Shown here: piece by piece, positions 1 to 7,508 of the stretch
How positions within the stretch are numbered: the stretch's first letter is position 1
Layout of the letters: each line of letters begins with the position of its first letter
Origin: Candidatus Iainarchaeum sp.
GTDB taxonomy: Archaea > Iainarchaeota > Iainarchaeia > Iainarchaeales > CSSED10-239
Assembly (NCBI GenBank): GCA_028700115.1
Contig: JAQVTI010000017.1
Span: 1 to 11,966 of the forward strand
Length of the DNA stretch: 11,966 nucleotides
Reading direction: 5' to 3'
Translations under genes and position numbers: made by a program
Notes under the pieces: model-generated
What the model saw: the letters and a program-made list of their open reading frames with translations, nothing else
What the model was told of the DNA's origin: nothing
The model's database searches: none

Positions 1-2
1 TA

Positions 3-866
3 ATTGATAAAGACAGTTTCATTCTTACCAAGAAAAACAAAAAGGTAATTGTTAAGAAAAGAAAATTAACTTGGCAAAATCCATTAACTATAAAAAATAA
101 ATTAGATAGAATAAAATTTGAATATAGAAATATATTTTTAGTAATTAAATATTTTAATAAATTAGAAATGTATAATGGAGATAAAGAAATCGATATATCT
201 AAAGAATTTATAATCAACTACAAAGGACATAAGATTAAAACAGACTTCTTGCAACTTAAAGAACTAGAATATGGAATTGAAAGTTATAATTTACAATATA
301 GTTTAAAGAAAGGAGACATAGTTTTTGACTTTGGAGGATATCATGGAGTTTACTCTATTTGGGCTAGCGCGCAAGTTGGGGAAACCGGGAAGATTTATTG
401 CTTTGAACCTAATAAAGAAAACTATTCTGTTCTTTTAGAAAATTTAGAAAATAATAATATTACTAATGTTATTCCAATAAATAAAGGAATCTACAATCAA
501 TCTGGGAAAATTAGTTTTTTTAAAAGAGGTCCTGGATCAAGAATTATTGATTCTAGTTTTAAGACAAACACAAAAGATTCAATATGTGAAATTGATGTTA
601 TTCCTCTTTCTCAGTTTATTAAAGAAAAGAATATAACAAAAATTGACTTTATCAAAGCAGACATTGAAGGAGCAGAGATTGAATTTGTTGATGACTATCT
701 AAAAAACCTTCTGCCGCAAGGCTTACGACCAAAGATGGCAATTGCCAGTTACCACTATCGAAAAGAACTAAAAGAAAACACCAGCCGCTCAATTGCAAAA
801 GCATTTAAAGACAAAGTAATAAAAGTAAATATAGGGAATAAGAAACACCTGTGTGTTTTTGTTTAA
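3..866 (+). CDS. FkbM-family SAM-dependent methyltransferase (5' end open at the window edge; the ORF track gives an internal ATG at 168)
   Basis: ORF 168..866 has a Rossmann methyltransferase motif 'GDIVFDFGGYHGVYSIWAS', the acidic 'IYCFEPNKENYSVLLENL' and the FkbM-like 'IDFIKADIEGAEIEFV'. The same frame has no stop from base 3 to 167 (IDKDSFILTKKNKKVIVKKRKLTWQNPLTIKNKLDRIKFEYRNIFLVIKYFNKLE-M...), so the true start is probably upstream. Confidence 0.85.
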   Translation: MDKDSFILTKKNKKVIVKKRKLTWQNPLTIKNKLDRIKFEYRNIFLVIKYFNKLEMYNGDKEIDISKEFIINYKGHKIKTDFLQLKELEYGIESYNLQYSLKKGDIVFDFGGYHGVYSIWASAQVGETGKIYCFEPNKENYSVLLENLENNNITNVIPINKGIYNQSGKISFFKRGPGSRIIDSSFKTNTKDSICEIDVIPLSQFIKEKNITKIDFIKADIEGAEIEFVDDYLKNLLPQGLRPKMAIASYHYRKELKENTSRSIAKAFKDKVIKVNIGNKKHLCVFV

Positions 867-881
867 AATTAAAACCAAACG

Positions 882-1559
882 TTATTTCTTTTTAATACAA
901 AAATAAATATTTCCCGAATTTAAATTATTTCTAAAAAAATAATAATTTAAATATGCATAAATTAATCTTTTATTTTTCCACAAACCATTATATTTTGAAA
1001 ATATAAAAACGGGTTTTATTTCTATAATTTCAAATCCGTATTGTAAAAATAATTTATAAAGCTTATCTATAGAATACGAATCTTCATGACCCCATTTATG
1101 AAATGTTTTATTACAATAAGGACATAAAACCATTTCGGAACTTAATTCTTCATTTAAAGGAACAGTCCCTATAAAAAAACCGCCCTTTTTTAATACCCTT
1201 TTTATTTCTATTAAACTTTGTGGAATTTTTTTTTTGTCAATATGCTCTAAAACTTCTGATGCAACAATTAAATCAAAATAATTCGATTCCCAATTTATTT
1301 TTTTTGTAATATCTGAATTAAAAATAACGAAATTCTGATTATTGTTAGTGGTACATATATCTGTTCCATAGACCTCATAATTTTTTGCTAAATTTAAAAG
1401 ATATCCATTACCATAACCTATTTCTAATAAACGTCCTGTTGATTTAAGGTTTTTTAATTTTTTAAATAAATATTCATAACGGCTTTTAAGAAAATTATCG
1501 GTAATTTTATTTTTTTTAAAATAATCATTCCATATGTTTTTTTGAAATTGAGCGTCCAT
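882..1559 (-). CDS. Class I SAM-dependent methyltransferase (Methyltransf_11/23-like)
   Basis: ATG start at 1559. Motif I 'LLEIGYGNGYLLNLAKNYEVYGTDI', motif 'YFDLIVASEVLEHIDKKKIPQSLIEIKRVLKKGGFFIGTVP', and an internal 'CPYCNKTFHKWGHEDSY' segment. Confidence 0.85.
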   Translation of the reverse strand: MDAQFQKNIWNDYFKKNKITDNFLKSRYEYLFKKLKNLKSTGRLLEIGYGNGYLLNLAKNYEVYGTDICTTNNNQNFVIFNSDITKKINWESNYFDLIVASEVLEHIDKKKIPQSLIEIKRVLKKGGFFIGTVPLNEELSSEMVLCPYCNKTFHKWGHEDSYSIDKLYKLFLQYGFEIIEIKPVFIFSKYNGLWKNKRLIYAYLNYYFFRNNLNSGNIYFCIKKK

Positions 1560-1656
1560 ATAATCTTAATTTTTAAATTGTATATTATACTAATAAATAG
1601 ATTAATTTTTAAACAATATCTATAACAAATTATATAAAATTAGTATATGAATTAAT
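1560..1656. promoter_or_regulatory. Divergent intergenic region, presumed to hold promoters for both flanking genes
   Basis: Only ~97 bp separates the methyltransferase start at 1559 (-) from the acyltransferase start at 1657 (+). It is extremely AT-rich (for example ttaaattgtatattatactaataaatag) and has no ORF. No specific promoter box is assigned. Confidence 0.45.
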
Positions 1657-2421
1657 ATGATTAAAATTGACTATTTAAGATTTCCATTTCGCCTGTCTGA
1701 AATATTATATAATGACTCTGAAGATTTAACTCTGTCACTATCTACTTTTAAAATATATAATTTAATTCAATCTACAGAAATAAATGTGCCGGTCAAATAT
1801 TTAATTTACAAAAAAACATTTTATACTACCAAAATTAATCTTAAAACAGAACTATCCGAAATTTATGATTCCTTTGATAAAAAAAGCACAAAATATGAAA
1901 TTAATTGCGCAAAAAAAGAAACAAATAATATTTCGTTAAAAGTAAATTGCGATTATTCTGAATTTGCAAATCTTTCTAGAAAATATTATTTACAAAAATA
2001 TAATATTTCAAAAGATATTAGCAAAAACCTAGAAAAATATAAAAACTTCGGAGATTTAATTACAATATATTATAATGACAACTTAATTTCTGGAATTTTT
2101 GTAATAAAAGATTATCCCAATAGAATTAGATTATTATATGCATATAGCACCTATTTGGAGAACCCAGATTATAAAAAAAAATCTAGTTATTTAAATAGAT
2201 ATATTCATTGGTGGGCTATTCAAAAATATAAAACCGAAGGATTTTATGAATATGATTTTGGGGGCATAAATATAGACCCGAATTCAAAAACCTATGGCAT
2301 CACTAAATTTAAACTAAGTTTTGGTGGAAAAATTTGTGAAGAATACAATTATCTGATTTCAAAATATGCAAAAATATTAAAACCAATATATAATTTAAAA
2401 TATAGTGATTCTTATGACTGA
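1657..2421 (+). CDS. FemAB-like / GNAT-fold acyltransferase, probably polysaccharide- or peptidoglycan-associated
   Basis: 254 aa ORF. 'LSRKYYLQKYNISKD', 'LISGIFVIKDYPNRIRLLYAYSTYLENPDYKKKSSYLNRYIHWWAIQKYKTEGFYEYDFGGINIDPNSKTYGITKFKLSFGGKICEEY' matches the typical C-terminal FemAB/GNAT layout (DFGG...GI..FK..FGG). Confidence 0.7.
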   Translation: MIKIDYLRFPFRLSEILYNDSEDLTLSLSTFKIYNLIQSTEINVPVKYLIYKKTFYTTKINLKTELSEIYDSFDKKSTKYEINCAKKETNNISLKVNCDYSEFANLSRKYYLQKYNISKDISKNLEKYKNFGDLITIYYNDNLISGIFVIKDYPNRIRLLYAYSTYLENPDYKKKSSYLNRYIHWWAIQKYKTEGFYEYDFGGINIDPNSKTYGITKFKLSFGGKICEEYNYLISKYAKILKPIYNLKYSDSYD

Positions 2422-3157
2422 TAAAAATTTACTTGCTTGGTCAAATAAGTTCTTAGTTAACACATATAATAATTACGATTTATTTCCTGCAGAAAAAAGA
2501 ATATTATCTAAATTAAATTTAAAAAATAAAAAAATTTTAGATGTTGGCATCGGCACTGGTAGGACCACAAATTATTTAATTAAACTATCAACTAAATATA
2601 TGGGTATAGATTATTCTCCAGAAATGATAAAGTCGGCGAAGAAGAAATTTCCTAAAACAGATTTGCGTGTAAAAGATATAAGAAAAATAAAATATAAAAA
2701 CAAATTTGATTTCATATTTTTTTCATATAATGGAATCGACTATTTAAAAAATAAAGAGCGGCACCGTGCTTTTTTAAAATTATATGCTTCGCTTAAAAAA
2801 AATGGATATTTTTTGTATTCTTTTCATAATTATGATGGATATAATCCAAAAAAACCATTATTTCAAAATAATTCGAAAAATATTTTCTTAAAAATTAAAT
2901 CTTTTTTTCGCTATATTATTTGTACTTATAATTATAATAAATTAAAAAAAGAAGAGAACGATTTTCATAATTACGGATATTTTATAGATGGAGGCGGATA
3001 TTTTAATCTTATTACACAATATACTAAGATAAAATCAGAATATAGTTTTCTTAAAAAATATTTCATAGTAACCTTTTTTAATATAAACGGAAAGAAAATT
3101 AACCCAAAGGAAAAACAAACTGATTGGATGATTTATGTATTATGTAAAAAACGATAA
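2414..3157 (+). CDS. Class I SAM-dependent methyltransferase
   Basis: Motif I 'KILDVGIGTGRTTNYLIKLSTKYMGIDYSPEMIKSAKKKFP' and 'KFDFIFFSYNGIDYL'. The track starts at a GTG (2405); an ATG at 2414 (MTDKNLL...) looks like a better start and leaves an 8 bp overlap with the upstream gene. Confidence 0.85.
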   Translation: MTDKNLLAWSNKFLVNTYNNYDLFPAEKRILSKLNLKNKKILDVGIGTGRTTNYLIKLSTKYMGIDYSPEMIKSAKKKFPKTDLRVKDIRKIKYKNKFDFIFFSYNGIDYLKNKERHRAFLKLYASLKKNGYFLYSFHNYDGYNPKKPLFQNNSKNIFLKIKSFFRYIICTYNYNKLKKEENDFHNYGYFIDGGGYFNLITQYTKIKSEYSFLKKYFIVTFFNINGKKINPKEKQTDWMIYVLCKKR

Positions 3158-3888
3158 AGATATAATTTAAAGTAATAAAAACAAACAAATAATACATCTA
3201 AAACTTTGTTTCTTTTTATTTTTAATTTATGGACATTTTCAAAATTTATTAAACTATTTTTGTTTTTTAAACAAAAATCATTTATTTCTTGCAATTTCTT
3301 ATTTGTAATATCTTTAGGATGAAAATGATTCACAAAAATTCCGTGCTTAAATAAATCTAACTTAGGATTAAGTTGATTTTTTTGTTGCGGTATGTGTTTT
3401 ACACCAAAATATTCAAAAGGGTAAAGAGAAATACCGTCTACATTTATCAAATTGTATTTATTTAAAATAACCAAGGTGTTTTCGTCATAGTTGTGGGCAG
3501 GAGCAAAAAAATATTTTGGTGTTATATCTAATCTTTTATTTAATATATTAATGCCTGATTTTATCATTTTTTCTTGAATTTCGATATTTAATCCAGAAAA
3601 TTCACTATTTCTATTTAATTTTAATATTCCTTTATTTCCATAATGATACCTATGTTCATACCCGTGTAATGCAATAATAATTTGGTTTGTTTTAATAAAT
3701 GGTTTTAAGTCTTCGATTCTAAATATTGATTTTTTTTCCTTAATTGATTCATCTTTAACTGCGGGAATAACACCCAGTAGTGGTTTTATATTATATTTGT
3801 TTAATAATTTAATAAATTTAATTACATTCTGAGAATTAGGCATATTATCGCAAACATCATCCATTCTAAACAAATTATATTGAGTCAT
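3133..3888 (-). CDS. Polysaccharide deacetylase-like protein (DUF2334 / NodB-superfamily)
   Basis: N-terminal 'YNLFRMDDVCDN' metal-binding Asp pair, 'IIIALHGYEHRYH', 'KYFFAPAHNYDENTL' and 'GIFVNHFHP'. This is the NodB-fold catalytic pattern seen in DUF2334 proteins. Confidence 0.75.
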   Translation of the reverse strand: MTQYNLFRMDDVCDNMPNSQNVIKFIKLLNKYNIKPLLGVIPAVKDESIKEKKSIFRIEDLKPFIKTNQIIIALHGYEHRYHYGNKGILKLNRNSEFSGLNIEIQEKMIKSGINILNKRLDITPKYFFAPAHNYDENTLVILNKYNLINVDGISLYPFEYFGVKHIPQQKNQLNPKLDLFKHGIFVNHFHPKDITNKKLQEINDFCLKNKNSLINFENVHKLKIKRNKVLDVLFVCFYYFKLYLYRFLHNT

Positions 3889-4913
3889 TTTATCAACATT
3901 ATATTATTTTCTTTAAATATTTTATCTATTTTATTTTTTATTATTTTTAGGTCATTATTTTTTTTAATATATGTTCTTCCTAATTCTCCCATTTTTTTTA
4001 ATTTTTCTTTTTTATAATAATTCTCTTTAATCAAAGTAATAAACTTATTTAAATCTCCATTTGCACAATAACCCCCGCCACTTTTTTCTAAAAGATAGTC
4101 TGGATTTGCTGAATAAGATATAACTGGCGTTTTATTTGATAACGCTTCTAATGTTGTATTAGGATATCCTTCTGAATAAGAGGTATTTATGTAAATTGAT
4201 GCTAAATTAAAATAATCTTGCATTTTTTGTGGGGCAACTCTGCCTAGTATCTCACAATTCTTGTGTATTGCAATGTCTTTATTTGTAATGCCAACTATTT
4301 TAAATTTAATTTCGGGTAACTCTTCTATGATTTTTTCTAATATATCTAAACCTTTAACTTTATGATTTCTACCAACCCAAAGAACAAAATTTTCATTTTT
4401 ATAATTTGATTTCTGTACGTCTATTGGATTTGGGACTCTATAAATTGGGTGATTATATTTATTTAATTTTTTTTCTTGTATCTCTGTTTGGCAAATAAAT
4501 AAATCAACACAAGGAAATACTAATTTTGGAACATATCTATAATAAAAGGAAGACTCTTTTAGAAATAACCCTACATCTGAGTTGCTAGAGATAAAATAAA
4601 CTATTTTTTTATTATATAATTTTGCTAAATAGAAATAAATTGGAGAAAATCGTGAAAGTGCAAAAAAAACAACAACATCTGCATTTTTAATTGCTGAAAT
4701 TATTTTTATAAAATCTGTTTTTGTGTTTTTTATAAATACATATTTCCGTTTAGAAATATTTACGGGAATATTTTTTAAACTCACTAAAAAAGAGCAATTT
4801 TTATAATCTTTAAATATAGACTGCGCTTTTTTTTCAGCACCACCTGCTGGTTTGCCTTCTAATAATTTGCCTATTTGAGGACAAACTATTAATATCTTCT
4901 GATTACATTTCAT
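3885..4913 (-). CDS. GT4-family glycosyltransferase
   Basis: 'ENFVLWVGRNHKVKGLDILEKIIEELPEIKFKIVG', 'INTSYSEGYPNTTLEALSNKTPVISYSANPDYLLEKSGGGYCANGDLNKF', i.e. the GT4 C-terminal EGxPxxxLEA motif. N-terminal 'EGKPAGGAEKKAQSIF' glycine-rich loop. Start overlaps the chimeric ORF end; 4 bp ATGA overlap with the downstream gene. Confidence 0.9.
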   Translation of the reverse strand: MKCNQKILIVCPQIGKLLEGKPAGGAEKKAQSIFKDYKNCSFLVSLKNIPVNISKRKYVFIKNTKTDFIKIISAIKNADVVVFFALSRFSPIYFYLAKLYNKKIVYFISSNSDVGLFLKESSFYYRYVPKLVFPCVDLFICQTEIQEKKLNKYNHPIYRVPNPIDVQKSNYKNENFVLWVGRNHKVKGLDILEKIIEELPEIKFKIVGITNKDIAIHKNCEILGRVAPQKMQDYFNLASIYINTSYSEGYPNTTLEALSNKTPVISYSANPDYLLEKSGGGYCANGDLNKFITLIKENYYKKEKLKKMGELGRTYIKKNNDLKIIKNKIDKIFKENNIMLIK

Positions 4914-5699
4914 TATATTTACACCAATTATAATAACTTAATATACTCCAATATTTTGGATTATTAGAATCCGAAATAATTTTATTAAAGTAGTGTTCTG
5001 GGATAAACTTTTTAAAATAGTCATATTTTATATCTATTTCCGTTCGCATGTTTTTTAAATCTATAGCAAACCCTTTTTTATCTTTATAAATATTTTCGTT
5101 TAAAACACGATCTTCTACTGATTTTTTAAAAATATATTTCAATATCTTATTGTTAAATCGCAAATTTGGTGGGATTCTATATGACAATTCAATTAATTCA
5201 GAATCCAATAGTGGAGGTCTAGATTCTAAAGATACCGAAAGAGATGCCCGGTCTACTTTTGTTAATATATCATCCGGCAAATATGCTTTAAAGTCTGTTT
5301 CTTGAGCACAATTTAATAAATTATTCTCCTTTATATTAAAATTATTTGATATTACGAAATAATAATATCCGTAATCTGCAAAATAACTTGCTTTTTTAGA
5401 AAAATAATAATTATAATTATTTTCTATTAATTTTTTCCAAATAAAGTCTGTATTTTTTATAATTTGATTTAAAACAGTATATTTGCGCATCTCTCTATAT
5501 CTTTCATAACCCCCAAATAATTCATCTCCCCCATCTCCACTTAAAGAAACAGTCGCATATTTCTTTGCAATTTCAGAAACAAACATCGTTGGAATTTGAG
5601 AAGAATCTCCTAACGGCTCATCATAATATATTGGGACTTTATCTAAGAGTTTATTAAAATCTAAATCTGTTAATATTTTTGTGTGATTAATTTCGATGC
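4903..5699 (-). other. Asparagine synthase C-terminal remnant inside the chimeric ORF
   Basis: 'YDEPLGDSSQIPT', 'VSLSGDGGDELFGGYERY', 'YLPDDILTKVDRASLSVSLESRPPLLDSELIELSYRIP', 'KKGFAIDL', 'YWSILSYYNW' are AsnB C-terminal motifs. The N-terminal Cys2 glutaminase domain and the SGGxDS PP-loop are absent. Confidence 0.85.
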
Positions 5700-6036
5700 C
5701 TATATCTGTATCATTTGCAACAAAGTATATTGTTTTTTTTCCAAATAATTTTGATATAATATAATATAATGGTGTTGCTTTAGATAAAGCTCTTGAACAT
5801 ACTATTTGATGTTTTATTATTATGATTGGAAGCCCTAAATAATATTCTAATTTTGATTTTTTAAATATTACTTCTATATTTTTATAAGATACACTTTTAT
5901 TTTTTGATCCAATAACATAAAAACTAGTGTTCTTTATATTTTGAAAAATATCTATAGACGCTTTTTCGCTGCCACCCGCCGATCCCCCTTCAAATATCTT
6001 GCCGGCTTGAGGTAAAATCACCAATATTTTTTTCAT
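4903..6036 (-). CDS. Chimeric ORF: GT4 glycosyltransferase N-terminal fragment fused in frame to an asparagine synthase C-terminal fragment
   Basis: Track start 6063 is a TTG; the ATG at 6036 (MKKILVILPQAGK...) is more likely. Residues up to about 'FGKKTIYFVANDTDIG' align with the N-termini of the GT4 ORFs at 3885..4913 and 10884..11915. From 'NHTKILTDLDFNKLLDKVPIYYDEPLGDSSQIPTMFVSEIAKKYATVSLSGDGGDELFGGY' onward it is asparagine synthase. Confidence 0.85.
   Translation of the reverse strand: MKKILVILPQAGKIFEGGSAGGSEKASIDIFQNIKNTSFYVIGSKNKSVSYKNIEVIFKKSKLEYYLGLPIIIIKHQIVCSRALSKATPLYYIISKLFGKKTIYFVANDTDIGIEINHTKILTDLDFNKLLDKVPIYYDEPLGDSSQIPTMFVSEIAKKYATVSLSGDGGDELFGGYERYREMRKYTVLNQIIKNTDFIWKKLIENNYNYYFSKKASYFADYGYYYFVISNNFNIKENNLLNCAQETDFKAYLPDDILTKVDRASLSVSLESRPPLLDSELIELSYRIPPNLRFNNKILKYIFKKSVEDRVLNENIYKDKKGFAIDLKNMRTEIDIKYDYFKKFIPEHYFNKIISDSNNPKYWSILSYYNWCKYNEM
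5700..6036 (-). other. GT4 N-terminal domain remnant inside the chimeric ORF
   Basis: 'ILVILPQAGKIFEGGSAGGSEKASIDIFQNIKNTSFYVIG...ALSKATPLYYIISKLFGKKTIYFVANDTDIG' compared with 'ILIVCPQIGKLLEGKPAGGAEKKAQSIFKDYKNCSFLV...ALSRFSPIYFYLAKLYNKKIVYFISSNSDVG'. No GT4 C-terminal domain follows. Confidence 0.8.
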
Positions 6037-6041
6037 GATTT

Positions 6042-7508
6042 TTACTCTTTTGCATCTCTCCAATATTCTGGAATTATAAAGTCGCGAGACTTTATTTCTT
6101 TTAATTTTTTTATTTCTTTATTTTTATTCAAAATTATTATTTCTTCATCAAAAATTGTTTTTAATTTATTTGGAACTAATTTGGATCTTTTATCATAATA
6201 TCCATCATTAACTTGTTTTATCTTCTTTAGATTATAGCCCATAATCTTTGCAATTGTTGCATCTATCAATATAGGATTCTCACCGATAATTGTAACCCCA
6301 CAAAATTTATCTTTTGGTCTTAATGGGCCATTGTCTTCTCCACAGATTAACCCATCAACAATTGTAAATACTTCTCGTTTTTGTTTTTTCTCAAATTTTT
6401 TTGTTTTTGTATTATAAAAATATAAAATATTATTCAAATCCAAGATTGTTCTCCAAATGGTGTCGTTACCAGACCAACCCCCGTCCAATATTTTATCCTT
6501 AGAGGTGATTTTCCCTAGAACAAACAAAGAACTTAACATAAAAACTATGCTTTTTCTTTTAATTTTTGATAACTTATCATAATTTCTATAGAAGTAATCT
6601 GCAAGAAAACTATATCTTTTTTTAAAAAAATTATTGTTTATGTATTGATCTCCATTTTCCTTTGCTGAACCGAACCTATGATGTGGCAAATATTCTTTGT
6701 GACCATTCATGCCTATGAAATTCTTTAAGGCGCCTGTTAAACCGGCCTTTATGTGTGTTTTTAATTTTGGAACATTAAAAACAATATCTGCATCAAGAAT
6801 TGTTTTACTTACTAAATATTCATGTGTACCTTTCTGATGATGCTTGTGCATTAGATCTGGATTGTAGTTTGTAACTCTAAAACTATCTTCTAGTTTTGTG
6901 ATATCTTCTAAGAAACTATTCTCTTTTATGTTAATTAAATAATAACCGGCTTTATCCCCTTCATTCTTCTTTTGAGAAATATCAAAATCTTTCTTTTCAA
7001 ATATCGTTTTTCTTAAGTCTAATAATTCAAATTTGATTTTTGGATAATTCTTTTTATATAAATCCAATAACTTATCTATTTTTTGTTGTTTTACTAACTT
7101 TTCAAAATTACAACTCTGCAAAGGTGCATCACAAACAATTATTTTGCCTTTCCCTTTTAATGCTATTATTGAATAATCAATTATGAATTTAATGTATGCA
7201 GTATTAGTGATTAAGGAATCTATTGTTCCTTCCCTATTAATATCTAAAACATAGTTTGGCTTTATTACCACTGTATTTCCAGACTTTATATAGTTCTTAA
7301 AAGGATTCCACTTATTTTTATTAAAATTATTTCTATCAAGACCATATTCAAACAACCCTTTTCTTAAGGAATCATAGAAATTATCATTTTGAATCCTAGG
7401 TTTGCTCTTAAACTCCGGATAATCTAATCCGACAAATAAGAACTTTGGATATTTTTTTAAGTTTTCAATCAAAACTATATTTTTATTACTTAACATATCT
7501 TCCCTCAT
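6042..7508 (-). CDS. DUF362 domain-containing protein
   Basis: 'NTVVIKPNYVLDINREGTIDSLITNTAYIKFIIDY', 'IIVCDAPLQSCNFEKL', 'ADIVFNVPKLKTHIKAGLTGALKNFIGMNGHKEYLPHHRFG' and 'GVTIIGENPILIDATIAKIMG' are DUF362 hallmarks. The track start at 7577 is a TTG; the ATG at 7508 overlaps the upstream stop as TGATG and is preferred. Confidence 0.85.
   Translation of the reverse strand: MREDMLSNKNIVLIENLKKYPKFLFVGLDYPEFKSKPRIQNDNFYDSLRKGLFEYGLDRNNFNKNKWNPFKNYIKSGNTVVIKPNYVLDINREGTIDSLITNTAYIKFIIDYSIIALKGKGKIIVCDAPLQSCNFEKLVKQQKIDKLLDLYKKNYPKIKFELLDLRKTIFEKKDFDISQKKNEGDKAGYYLINIKENSFLEDITKLEDSFRVTNYNPDLMHKHHQKGTHEYLVSKTILDADIVFNVPKLKTHIKAGLTGALKNFIGMNGHKEYLPHHRFGSAKENGDQYINNNFFKKRYSFLADYFYRNYDKLSKIKRKSIVFMLSSLFVLGKITSKDKILDGGWSGNDTIWRTILDLNNILYFYNTKTKKFEKKQKREVFTIVDGLICGEDNGPLRPKDKFCGVTIIGENPILIDATIAKIMGYNLKKIKQVNDGYYDKRSKLVPNKLKTIFDEEIIILNKNKEIKKLKEIKSRDFIIPEYWRDAKE

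Noticed and set aside
861-884. Possible bidirectional terminator between the convergent genes at 866 and 882 (gtttaaaattaaaaccaaac)
   Set aside because: Only a weak gttt/aaac symmetry with no GC-rich stem; not distinguishable from AT-rich background.
3170-3220. Imperfect inverted segment aaaacaaacaaat...gtttctttttatt
   Set aside because: Lies inside the deacetylase-like coding sequence, with poor pairing and low complexity; no support as a structured RNA or terminator.
4903-6036. Chimera interpreted as a new bifunctional glycosyltransferase-amidotransferase enzyme
   Set aside because: Both halves lack their catalytic core: the GT4 C-terminal nucleotide-sugar-binding domain is missing, as are the AsnB glutaminase and PP-loop. 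A simple bifunctional enzyme is therefore unlikely; a truncation/fusion or artefact is favoured.
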